A stretch of 51,997 bases of DNA from Chthonomonadales bacterium (GTDB taxonomy: Bacteria > Armatimonadota > Chthonomonadetes > Chthonomonadales > CAJBBX01). Each line of letters begins with the position of its first letter. Within the stretch, counting starts at the first letter, position 1. The stretch is taken from contig JBBIPC010000024.1 in assembly GCA_037443035.1 (NCBI GenBank), positions 1 through 51,997 on the forward strand. The letters are read 5' to 3'. Below are positions 24,087 through 33,107 of the stretch, piece by piece. Position numbers and translations under genes: made by a program. The notes under the pieces are model-generated. The model was not told the origin of the DNA and made no database searches. It saw only the letters and a list, made by a program, of their open reading frames with translations.

Positions 24087-26333
24087 ATGGGCGAGACCGA
24101 GATGAGCCGCAGGGAGTTCGTGAAAGCCACAGGAGCTTCGGCGGTCGGTGGTGCGGTGTTCTTGCTGGGCGCAGAGAGCGCCTTGCGTGCGGCTCCTGCG
24201 GACGAATCCCAGGCGCTGGCCGGTTGGGGTAGCCCGTGGCGGCCGCCGTGTCCCAAACGCCTGTCGGATACGACACGCGCCCTGGCGCATCGCGCCATCT
24301 CCGGTGAGCACGGCAAAGGGCTCGTACCCGCTCCTGTGGAATTGAGTCCGTCCGACCGGGCCCTGTCGCCGGACCTCCGCTATGCCCGTGCTGTCTATCT
24401 TGCCGCCCAACATGCTCCCCTGCGCATCCTACCGAACGAGCTCGTTGTCGGCTCAGCTTCGCTGCTGGAGGCTGCACGTCATGTGACGCCCATAGCAGGC
24501 GATCCCAGCACGAGCCACACGACAATCGGTTTCGCCAGGGGTCTCGTCGAGGGCTACAACGGCATCCGTCGCCGAATCGCCGAACGGAAAGCACGGGGCG
24601 GGCTCACGGCAAAGCAGACGGAATTCCTCCGTGCCATGGAAACCTGCCTCGACGCTGCCGACGTCTGGCGCAAGCGGTACCTGGCAGCGCTTCACGAGCT
24701 GGCATCCACTTCCAGCGGCAAGGAACGTGCCAACTACCTGCGCGTCGCGAGGACCCTGGAACGCGTGCCGAATGACCCACCACGGACCTTCCACGAAGCG
24801 GTGCAGTCGCTGTGGTTCCTTTGGGCGTTTCAGAGGCTCATGGGGAACTGGTCGGGCATAGGGCGCATTGACGAAATGCTCGGTCCGTATCTCAAGGCGG
24901 ATCTGGCAGCGAAACGCCTTACCCTGGACGAGGCACGCGAGATCCTGGCGCACTTCTGGATCAAGGGCTGTGAGTGGATCGGTGTGCCGGGTGCGGGCGG
25001 TGGATCGGGCGACGCGCAGTTCTATCAGAACGTGATACTTGCGGGTGTGAATGCGCGGGGTCAGGAAGTCGCCAACGAGGTGACCTACCTCGTGCTGGAC
25101 ATTGTGGAGGAGCTGCACATCAGCGACTTTCCCATCGCCGTGCGCCTGAATAGCCGGACGCCGGACCGTCTCCTTCGTCGTGTCGCGGAAGTTCAGAAGC
25201 ACGGCGGAGGTATTGTGGCGGTGTACAATGAGGAAAAGGTCATCGCTGGCTTGGAGAAGATGGGCTTCCCAACCGAGGAAGCTAGATGCTTCGCCAACGA
25301 CGGCTGCTGGGAGGTGCTCATCCCGGGCAAGACGGCCTTCTCGTACGTGCCCTTCGACATGCTGTCCCACGTCCAGAACGCTCTGGGACTCCACACCGGC
25401 GCCGTTCCCAACTACCCAACCTTCGAAGCATTCTACGCGGCTGTCATGGACGGCGTAAGACGTCACGTGGACTGGCATCACGCGATGGCGGACAATTGGT
25501 GCACGCAGGGGCCGCCCACTCCCCTCCTATCGCTGCTGGTGGACGATTGCATCGAGAAGGCTTGTGGGTACTACGAGCGTGGCGCCCGCTACTACATCCT
25601 GTCTCCGCACGCCGGTGGCATGGCCGATGTCGCCAACAGCCTCCTCGTCATACGCGATCTCGTGTACGAGCGACGCGTCCTCGGACTTCAGGACTTCGCG
25701 GAGATTCTGCGAGGGAACTGGACAGGGCAAGAGCACCTGCGCCGCAAGATCGCGCGCACGTTCGAGTTCTACGGTAACGATGACGACGCGTCCGACGCCA
25801 TGATGCAACGAGTGTTCCATGACTATGCCGCCATGGTAGCCACGGTTCCGGAGCGCAAGGGGGTGCTTCGGCCTGCGGGTATCAGCACTTTCGGGAGGCA
25901 GATCGAGTGGGCGTCTCAACGTGCGGCAACTGCTACGGGCCAACACGCAGGCACGTATCTTGCCAGCAACTGCTCTCCGACGCCAGGCACGGACCTTCAT
26001 GGACCGACGGCAGTCCTGCGGTCGTACTGCAAACTCGATTTCACCCAGACCCCCAATGGCGCCACGTTGGAGCTGAAGATCCACCCCGAGTCCGTCAAGG
26101 GCGAGAAAGGCGTGGCTGCCCTGGTCGGCCTGCTGAAGGGTTTCGTCGCCCTTGGCGGCTGGTACGTCCATGTGGACGTCATGGACACGGACCTTCTGCG
26201 GGACGCTCAAGAGCACCCCGAGAAGTATCCGAATCTTTCGGTGCGGATCGCGGGCTGGTCGGCACGCTTCGCCACGCTGAACAAGCAGTGGCAGGACATG
26301 GTCATCGAACGTACCCAGCAGTTCATGGCGTAG
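24087..26333 (+). CDS. Glycyl-radical enzyme (PFL-like superfamily) with a twin-arginine-type N-terminus
   Basis: 'P.TFHEAVQSLWF', 'GRIDEML.PY', Cys loop 'NDGCWE', Gly loop 'PEKYPNL.VRIAGWSA.F' and canonical end 'VIERT'. N-terminus SRREFVK followed by a hydrophobic stretch. RBS GGAGG 8 nt before ATG 24087. Confidence 0.92.
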   Translation: MGETEMSRREFVKATGASAVGGAVFLLGAESALRAAPADESQALAGWGSPWRPPCPKRLSDTTRALAHRAISGEHGKGLVPAPVELSPSDRALSPDLRYARAVYLAAQHAPLRILPNELVVGSASLLEAARHVTPIAGDPSTSHTTIGFARGLVEGYNGIRRRIAERKARGGLTAKQTEFLRAMETCLDAADVWRKRYLAALHELASTSSGKERANYLRVARTLERVPNDPPRTFHEAVQSLWFLWAFQRLMGNWSGIGRIDEMLGPYLKADLAAKRLTLDEAREILAHFWIKGCEWIGVPGAGGGSGDAQFYQNVILAGVNARGQEVANEVTYLVLDIVEELHISDFPIAVRLNSRTPDRLLRRVAEVQKHGGGIVAVYNEEKVIAGLEKMGFPTEEARCFANDGCWEVLIPGKTAFSYVPFDMLSHVQNALGLHTGAVPNYPTFEAFYAAVMDGVRRHVDWHHAMADNWCTQGPPTPLLSLLVDDCIEKACGYYERGARYYILSPHAGGMADVANSLLVIRDLVYERRVLGLQDFAEILRGNWTGQEHLRRKIARTFEFYGNDDDASDAMMQRVFHDYAAMVATVPERKGVLRPAGISTFGRQIEWASQRAATATGQHAGTYLASNCSPTPGTDLHGPTAVLRSYCKLDFTQTPNGATLELKIHPESVKGEKGVAALVGLLKGFVALGGWYVHVDVMDTDLLRDAQEHPEKYPNLSVRIAGWSARFATLNKQWQDMVIERTQQFMA

Positions 26334-26336
26334 TAC

Positions 26337-27788
26337 GTGAACGTCCAGCCCTTCGGCAGAACGTTGGATGCCCGCAAGAGGCACGTGACGTTACCTGCGA
26401 ATCCCGATTACAACGCGCCTCCCTTGACGGTCGAGTGCCTGGCTAGGCTGTTCGGCCACGACAGTTTCAATATCCTCGTAGCCAGCGAGCCCAAAGAATC
26501 CGCCACGCACTGGGAACTCTACACCTACGCGCAAAGCGGCTGTCTAGCGGCCTATCTTCCAGGTTACACACCGGCGGAGATCGTATCGGGTGCCGCCGTG
26601 GCGGACGGCCAATGGCATTACTGCGCCATGACGTTCGATGGCCGGACAGTGAAGCTCTACGTGGACGGTAAGGAAGTGGCCTCCGAACGAGTGCGTCGGC
26701 GAACCGGGGTGGCTTCGGTGGCGGGCCCTTTGTGCGTGGGTCACGTCGCCGGAACGACCCTGGGTTGCGATGGCGAGCTGGACGAAGTGCGAGTGTCTAG
26801 CGTGATCCGACAGACGCAGGCCATGCCGATGCAGCCCTACGAGGACGATCGGGACACACTGGCGCTGTGGCACTTCGATCCGGTCTTTGCAGGCGTGGGC
26901 GCTTCGAGGGAGACGGACCCATTTCGCGCTGGAGCTGACGCGGCGTTGCAGGCCAGGAAGGCCCTGGGTGCTGCGGAAGCGAGCGCCGTGCTCGTCTTCG
27001 ACTGTATGGACGGGGGCGCTCAATCCAGGATACGCATGATAGAGGGTATAGGTTGGTTTTTCGATACATCGCTGGTGTTCGGATGCAGCGGATTCGGGCC
27101 CATCACGCGACATGGCTCAGGCGCGACGGTCGGCGTCCTCGCGCTTGGAGAGGAGTTCACGGTGCTATCGGCGGTAGCGGACGTCGCAGGCGACCATCGT
27201 GCGTGCGGCAGGACTCTCGCCACCACCCTGCGTGGGATCGAGGAGTCACGCAAAGGCCTGGGACGACTTGTGCTGCTGATGGGTGACTGCCATGTTCCAG
27301 CCAACGACGCTCTCGTTCAGGGCTTCTCGGAGAGTTTCGGCGAGAATGTGCCCGTCGCGGGTGGATCATGTCCGCAAGACGGTCTCCTGTACTACAAGGG
27401 TGTCGTGCGACAGTCGGCGAACCTGGCATTGTTGCTGGCAGGCCGGTTCGCGGTGCAGATGGCCATGGGCGCGGCGGCAACCGCCGACGGGATCGCATCC
27501 TCTCGCCGCGAAATCGTCGCCCGTGCCTGCCCGTCAGACGGGGCAGATCTGTTGCTGCTGTTCGACTGCGTCAGCCGCAAGCAGGAGGGAGCGATCACAG
27601 CACCGGAGGAGGCGAGACAGCAGCAGTTCAAGGGCTTATCTGGGCCGGTATTCGGCTTCTACGGCTCCGGCGAGATAGGCGCTGAGGCAGTGGGGACGTC
27701 GGCCAGGGGAGTGGGCGGTCACCTCGTCGCAGTCGCCCTTACGGCCTCGCCCGACAGCCCGGCCCCGCCACCGCCTCACGCCCGATAG
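26337..27788 (+). CDS. LamG-like jellyroll + FIST_N/FIST_C fusion protein
   Basis: LamG motifs 'LTVECL', 'DGQWHY.AMTFDG...LYVDG', 'G.LDEVRVS' and 'TLALWHFD'. FIST motifs 'GVGAS...P..AG..AA..A...LG', 'GCS..G.I', 'PVAGG', 'LLFDCVSR' and 'GFYGSGEIG'. Confidence 0.8.
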   Translation: MNVQPFGRTLDARKRHVTLPANPDYNAPPLTVECLARLFGHDSFNILVASEPKESATHWELYTYAQSGCLAAYLPGYTPAEIVSGAAVADGQWHYCAMTFDGRTVKLYVDGKEVASERVRRRTGVASVAGPLCVGHVAGTTLGCDGELDEVRVSSVIRQTQAMPMQPYEDDRDTLALWHFDPVFAGVGASRETDPFRAGADAALQARKALGAAEASAVLVFDCMDGGAQSRIRMIEGIGWFFDTSLVFGCSGFGPITRHGSGATVGVLALGEEFTVLSAVADVAGDHRACGRTLATTLRGIEESRKGLGRLVLLMGDCHVPANDALVQGFSESFGENVPVAGGSCPQDGLLYYKGVVRQSANLALLLAGRFAVQMAMGAAATADGIASSRREIVARACPSDGADLLLLFDCVSRKQEGAITAPEEARQQQFKGLSGPVFGFYGSGEIGAEAVGTSARGVGGHLVAVALTASPDSPAPPPPHAR

Positions 27789-27922
27789 CCGGCTTGGCGG
27801 ACGTAAGCGAGACCGGAACGTCGAGCGACCGTGTGCGTGTCTGGCGGCCGATCCTGCCGAACGCCGGACGGCACGAGTCTGGCTCGCTGCCAGATGCATA
27901 CAAGAGCTGGGAGATTGAAAGG

Positions 27923-30900
27923 ATGAAATCCTTCGCACGTTCCATGTGCCGTGCTAGTTTGCTGTTCCTATCGGTCGTCTGTTGGCCGGGGCGGCTGACG
28001 GCGGTGCCCCAGTACGTGTGGCTCGAAGGAGAGGCTCCGACAAGCGCCAATTTGAAGGTGACTGCGGCAGGCTGGGGGCGCAAAGAGTTCCTATCCGGTG
28101 AGCAGTGGCTGCACGTGTCCATCGATGCCGACAAGGTCGCCGCAGAGCTACCTGCAGAAGGCGGCTGGTTCACTTACACGTTCAACATACCGTCAGCCGG
28201 ACAGTGGGAGATCTGGAACCGCGTGGGTTTCGAGTTCGTCCGGTCGCCGTTCGAATGGCGGATGGACGACGGGCCATGGGCTACCGTTACGCCAGACGAG
28301 CTGACCACGGACCTCATGGAGATCTCCGAGTGGTGCGAGGCGGCATGGTTGAAGCTGGGCGTGCGCGAGCTCGGTGCCGGTCAGCATGCGCTGACGATAC
28401 GCTTGCCTCTCACGAAGGACGAGAAGGGCACTCCCGCACGCGTTCTCTATGCTTCCGATGCCCTATGTCTGACGGCGGGATCGTTTCATCCTCATGGCAA
28501 GCTCAAGCCGGGCGAGGTTGCGAGAACTCCGCAGGACGAAGAAGCAGCAAAGCACGTCTTCGAGCTGCCAGAGCCTGGTGCCAATGGACAACGGACCTCT
28601 GTGAAGCTCGAGGGGCTTTGGGAGGTATGCCGCCACGATGAACAGACACCGCCTGCCGACGTGGCAGTGCCCATGGAAGGGTTGCCCGAAGATCCCTATT
28701 GGACAGCCATTCCCGTACCGAGCGACAAGAACCGGGTCCGGCCGGACCTTCTCTTCGCCCATCGGCTGTGGTATCGAACCCGGGTAAGGGTACCGGCATC
28801 CTGCGCAGGACGTTCCTTCTATCTCACTTTCCCGCAGAACAATCTCAACACGACGGTGGTCGTCAACGGCAGCCTGTGCGGCTTCGGCAAGAACCCCTTC
28901 GCACGCTTCGACGTGGACATCACGAAAGCCGTGCGGCCAGGCGTCAACGAAATACTCGTGGGGATACGGGACGCGTGGTACGGCTTCTCCACCAATCCGA
29001 CGAACCCCATGAAGCTTCGACGGAAGTTCAACCTACCGGTGCGGTTCTTCGAGGAGGGCTTTCAGGATCTTGCGTATCCCATCTGGAATCACGCCCAATC
29101 CGGCATTCTCTTCACTCCCGTACTGACCTGCGCTGGTTCGGCCTACACCGCCGACACGTTCATCAAGCCCTCCGTGGCGCGGAAGGAGCTTGCGGTGGAA
29201 ACCGAGTTAGCAGCCCCCGCGGCTGCCGGATTCAAGGGCGAACTCGTAGCCGAAGCGCTCGACGAGAACACGGGCAAAGTGGCGCATCGGCTGCCGCCTG
29301 TGAGCGTGGACGTTGCCGCCGGGCAGCGAAAGAAGCTCGAGATTCGAGGCCCATGGCCCAACCCGAAGCTCTGGTGGCCCGATCAGCCCCATATGTACCG
29401 GCTCCGCCTTACACTCTTGGCCGATGGCAAGCCGGTTGATGTGGCGGAAACGCCGTTCGGATTCCGAGAATGGACCGCAGACGGAACGTACTTCCGCCTG
29501 AACGGGGTGAAATGGCGCCTCTGGGCCGATCTGAAGGAGGGTAACACACCGGCCGAGTGGCTGGCCAACTACCGGCGCACTGGCCAGCGCATGCAGCGGT
29601 TCTGGGGCATGAGCTGGATGGGCATGTCTCCCGACGAAGCGCTGGACTTCTTCGACCGGAACGGGGTGGTCATCCGCAGGTCCGGTCTATTGGATGGTGA
29701 GCGGATCGGTTACTTCGCCATCGAGAACGATCCGGACCTGCGCCGGCTCTACGGCTCCGAAATCAAGATGGATCTCATGCGCAACTGGCGGGATCAGGTT
29801 GTGGCGCAGGTCAAGGGAGAGCGCAATCACCCGTCTATCCTCATCTGGTCCATCGAGAACGAGTGGCTCTACATCAACTGCATCAACCTCTACGGACACC
29901 TCATGGATGCCTTCGAAAAGGAGGTGCAGACGGTGGCCGACGCCGTAAGGGCTGTGGATCCCACGCGCCCGGTCATGAACGACGGCGGAGGTGCGCACAA
30001 AGCCCAGACCATGCCGGTTCACGGTGACCACTACGTCTTCGATCCAGCCGACAGCCGCTACCCGGATCTAGCGTACGAAGCCAATCCAAAGGGCGGCGGG
30101 CGCGGACGCTGGGAATGGGATGGTAAGCGGCCACGGTTTCTCGGAGAAGACTACTACGCCAATGGTATCAATCCGTTCGACTACGCCTACTTCGGTGGCG
30201 AGGAGACTTTCCAAGGCAAGGCGGCTGCCCGCCGGGCAGCGGGGATCATCGCTCGCATGCTCAACGAGGGATACCGATGGGCCGGCTACGCTGCTTGGCA
30301 TTTCTGGATGGGTGAACGTGAGGCCGTGGGACAGTACGCCTCCAATGCTGCTCGAGCGGTCTTCTGCAGGCAGTGGAACTGGACGTTCGGAGCAGGGCAA
30401 AAGGTCCAGCGCACGTTCAGGATCTACAACGATACGCAGTACCCCGATCCGCTGACGTTCCGGTGGGAGCTGACGGTGGGAGGCAAGCCCATCGGTTCCG
30501 AGAAGATGGAACTGCGCGTTCCTCCAGGGGAGTATGTGGAGCTCCAGCGGACCCTGACCATGCCATCCGGCATCGCATCTGGCAAGCGTGCGATCGGCAA
30601 GCTCACACTTATCCTGAGCGCCGCTGGCAAGGAGGTGTTCCGGGACACGAAGCCTGTCTCCGTGCTGGCATCCGCGAAGCCGTCACAGGCAGTGGCCAGC
30701 CTCGGTGCGAACGGGCTATGCGTCTACGATCCCTCTCAGACGGTCACGAAGTACCTCCTGGCGCGCGGAGTTCGCTTCACGTCGCTCAAGAGTCTGGCCG
30801 CCATACCTTCGGCAGCCCGGGTCTTGGTGATCGGGAAGGACGCTCTAGACGCTCAGACGAGCACAACTAGCCGTCTAGCTGCGTGGGCAGCGCCAGGACG

Positions 30901-32983
30901 CCGTGTGGTGGTGCTGGAACAGAAGGAACCTCTCCGGTACCAGGGACTACCTGTTCCCATCGAGAGCACGGACCACGAGGGACGAACTGCGTACATCGAG
31001 GATGCATCCCACCCGCTATGCGCGGGGCTTCAGTCAGCCGATTTCTGGACGTGGGGGGTGAATATCCCTGTCTACAGGGCGGCCTACAGCAAGCCGTCCC
31101 AAGGCGCCCGCTCGCTGATCCAGTGCCACGCACGCTTGGCGGACTCCGCGTTGTTGGAATTACCAGCGGGTACGGGCGTTCTCCTCCTATGTCAGCTTAC
31201 GGTAGGGGCCAACCTGGCGACGAACGCCGTGGCGCAGCGAGTCTTCGATAACCTGCTTGAGCGGGCTGCCACGTACAGGCTGCGTGTTCGCTCCGTGACG
31301 ACCTGTGCCGACGCAGATCCTCAGTTCGCGAAGGCGCTGGACGCTGTGGCGCTGAAGCACACGAAGACGAAGGATCCTTTGGCTGCCTTGCAGACGCCGG
31401 GGCCAGATCGGCTTGCCATCATCGAAGCAACGCCCACGAACCTTAGTCTCCTGGCGGCCAACATGGAGCGTGTCCGTGCCTTCACGCAGGCAGGTGGCTG
31501 GATCCTCTTGCACGGACTGACGCCCGAGGGACTTCAATCGTACAACCGTATCGTGGGCTTCGAGCACATGATCCGGCCCTTCCGTATGGAGCGCGTGACG
31601 CTTCCTCCTCATCGGAGTGCCCTTACCGCCGGTCTCACACTCACCGATGTGGTCATGTACAGCGGCGAGAGGATCTTCGGATGGACGTCGGACGAGTATC
31701 TCGCGTCCGATATCTTCTCCTATTGCGTGGATTACGAGGATGTGGCACCGTTCGGGAAGATGCCCAGCGACTACCACTACAACATCGTCAACGGCATGTA
31801 CTCGGCGGACGCGTGGAAGTATATCTTCTCGTTCGACCTGAATACCGACCGACCCGAGTTCACGATGGAATTGCCCAAAGAACAGGAGATCGTGCGGATG
31901 GACTGGGCCGGAAACGCCTTCTACCATCTCGTGACGAAGATCAGCCTGTCGTCGGAGCGCGGGCAGACCGTTACCTTCGACACCAAGCCGGGTAACGACG
32001 AGCAGACTTTCGACGTAAAGCCGCCACTGCAGGGAAGGCGCATCACCCTGAAGATCCTGGATTGGGCCAAGGTCAGCCGCGGAGCCAACGTGGTCGGCAT
32101 TGACAACCTGCGCTTGTACGCGAGAAGGCCTGTGGATTTCGAGACACGCGTCAAGCCCCTGGTCAACGTGGGAGCGATGATGGAGTACCCGATGGGCAAG
32201 GGCGGCGTCGTCCTGTGCAATCTGCTCTTCAAGGACCGGGAGGCCGTGCCGATCAACGCTACGAAGAAGTTGAGAATACTCTCGGTCCTGCTGGCCAATC
32301 TCCAGGCGCCGCTAGGGCATGGGAGCGGCGTCATCGCCGGAGCAGACCTCCAGTACGAACCGCTGGACATCTCGAGCAAGGCGAATCAGTACCGAAACGA
32401 AACGGGCTGGTATGGAGATCCGAGCTTGACTCTGGCCGCGCTCCCGGCAGGCAAGAACACCTTCGCCGGCGTTCCCTTCATCGTTCACGACTTCCCGACC
32501 TCGCCAGTACCCACAGTCATCATGCTGGGCGGGCCAGGCGTGCCAGGGAACCTGCCTGATTCGGTCCATGATATCCCAGTAGGGAAGAAAGCTGACGCGC
32601 TGTTCTTCCTCCACGCAGCCCGAGTAGACCAGCCACTCAATCCCGACGAGAGGCGCCAGCGCAGACGGGTCGAGCTGTGTCGCTACGTCGTTCATTACGC
32701 CGACGGTTCGAACGTGGACGTGCCGGTATATCTCGACGAAGACATCCGTGACTACCGTCAGGCGGAACCTACGGCGATACCCGGTGCGCAGATCGCCTGG
32801 ACTCGACCCTACGAAGGGAAAGGACTGCACGCCGTCATCTACGCGAAGAAATGGGATAACCCTCGCCCCGATGCAGTCATACGGAGCGTGGATCTCCTCT
32901 ACGGCCCGGAGCGAAGAGGCGTACCCGCTCTCATCGCCATGACAGCCGCCAGCAAGCCGCACAACATACCGAACCGGCAGTAG
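27923..32983 (+). CDS. Large secreted GH2-like (beta-galactosidase-type) multidomain glycoside hydrolase
   Basis: Signal peptide, sugar-binding domain 'LWYR..V.VP', 'PKLWWPD.P.MY', 'FGFRE', 'F.LNG' and the GH2 acid/base motif 'RNHPSILIWSIENE'. Long C-terminal accessory domains follow. Confidence 0.8.
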   Translation: MKSFARSMCRASLLFLSVVCWPGRLTAVPQYVWLEGEAPTSANLKVTAAGWGRKEFLSGEQWLHVSIDADKVAAELPAEGGWFTYTFNIPSAGQWEIWNRVGFEFVRSPFEWRMDDGPWATVTPDELTTDLMEISEWCEAAWLKLGVRELGAGQHALTIRLPLTKDEKGTPARVLYASDALCLTAGSFHPHGKLKPGEVARTPQDEEAAKHVFELPEPGANGQRTSVKLEGLWEVCRHDEQTPPADVAVPMEGLPEDPYWTAIPVPSDKNRVRPDLLFAHRLWYRTRVRVPASCAGRSFYLTFPQNNLNTTVVVNGSLCGFGKNPFARFDVDITKAVRPGVNEILVGIRDAWYGFSTNPTNPMKLRRKFNLPVRFFEEGFQDLAYPIWNHAQSGILFTPVLTCAGSAYTADTFIKPSVARKELAVETELAAPAAAGFKGELVAEALDENTGKVAHRLPPVSVDVAAGQRKKLEIRGPWPNPKLWWPDQPHMYRLRLTLLADGKPVDVAETPFGFREWTADGTYFRLNGVKWRLWADLKEGNTPAEWLANYRRTGQRMQRFWGMSWMGMSPDEALDFFDRNGVVIRRSGLLDGERIGYFAIENDPDLRRLYGSEIKMDLMRNWRDQVVAQVKGERNHPSILIWSIENEWLYINCINLYGHLMDAFEKEVQTVADAVRAVDPTRPVMNDGGGAHKAQTMPVHGDHYVFDPADSRYPDLAYEANPKGGGRGRWEWDGKRPRFLGEDYYANGINPFDYAYFGGEETFQGKAAARRAAGIIARMLNEGYRWAGYAAWHFWMGEREAVGQYASNAARAVFCRQWNWTFGAGQKVQRTFRIYNDTQYPDPLTFRWELTVGGKPIGSEKMELRVPPGEYVELQRTLTMPSGIASGKRAIGKLTLILSAAGKEVFRDTKPVSVLASAKPSQAVASLGANGLCVYDPSQTVTKYLLARGVRFTSLKSLAAIPSAARVLVIGKDALDAQTSTTSRLAAWAAPGRRVVVLEQKEPLRYQGLPVPIESTDHEGRTAYIEDASHPLCAGLQSADFWTWGVNIPVYRAAYSKPSQGARSLIQCHARLADSALLELPAGTGVLLLCQLTVGANLATNAVAQRVFDNLLERAATYRLRVRSVTTCADADPQFAKALDAVALKHTKTKDPLAALQTPGPDRLAIIEATPTNLSLLAANMERVRAFTQAGGWILLHGLTPEGLQSYNRIVGFEHMIRPFRMERVTLPPHRSALTAGLTLTDVVMYSGERIFGWTSDEYLASDIFSYCVDYEDVAPFGKMPSDYHYNIVNGMYSADAWKYIFSFDLNTDRPEFTMELPKEQEIVRMDWAGNAFYHLVTKISLSSERGQTVTFDTKPGNDEQTFDVKPPLQGRRITLKILDWAKVSRGANVVGIDNLRLYARRPVDFETRVKPLVNVGAMMEYPMGKGGVVLCNLLFKDREAVPINATKKLRILSVLLANLQAPLGHGSGVIAGADLQYEPLDISSKANQYRNETGWYGDPSLTLAALPAGKNTFAGVPFIVHDFPTSPVPTVIMLGGPGVPGNLPDSVHDIPVGKKADALFFLHAARVDQPLNPDERRQRRRVELCRYVVHYADGSNVDVPVYLDEDIRDYRQAEPTAIPGAQIAWTRPYEGKGLHAVIYAKKWDNPRPDAVIRSVDLLYGPERRGVPALIAMTAASKPHNIPNRQ

Positions 32984-33107
32984 CCGCCGCGCCCTGCTGG
33001 GGGGTGGTGTGCCGCAGGGCGACGAGGGGCTCGGTCACTCCTTCACCCGTAGCGGCAGGAAGTACAGTAGTACCGCGCGAACGGAGGGACGTTGGGAGGG
33101 TGCGAGG

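Noticed and set aside
24087..26333. Calling the GRE pflB, cutC or a glycerol/propanediol dehydratase
   Set aside because: It has a single Cys in GCWE (no CC pair, not CVE) and no activase or microcompartment genes, so no specific assignment is supported.
24453..26384. 342-aa and 285-aa minus-strand ORFs as a possible hidden activase
   Set aside because: Antisense to the GRE and lacking a CxxxCxxC motif.
32990..33021. 8-bp inverted repeat CGCCCTGC/GCAGGGCG after the GH2-like gene
   Set aside because: 16-nt loop and no U tract, so it may be chance in GC-rich DNA.
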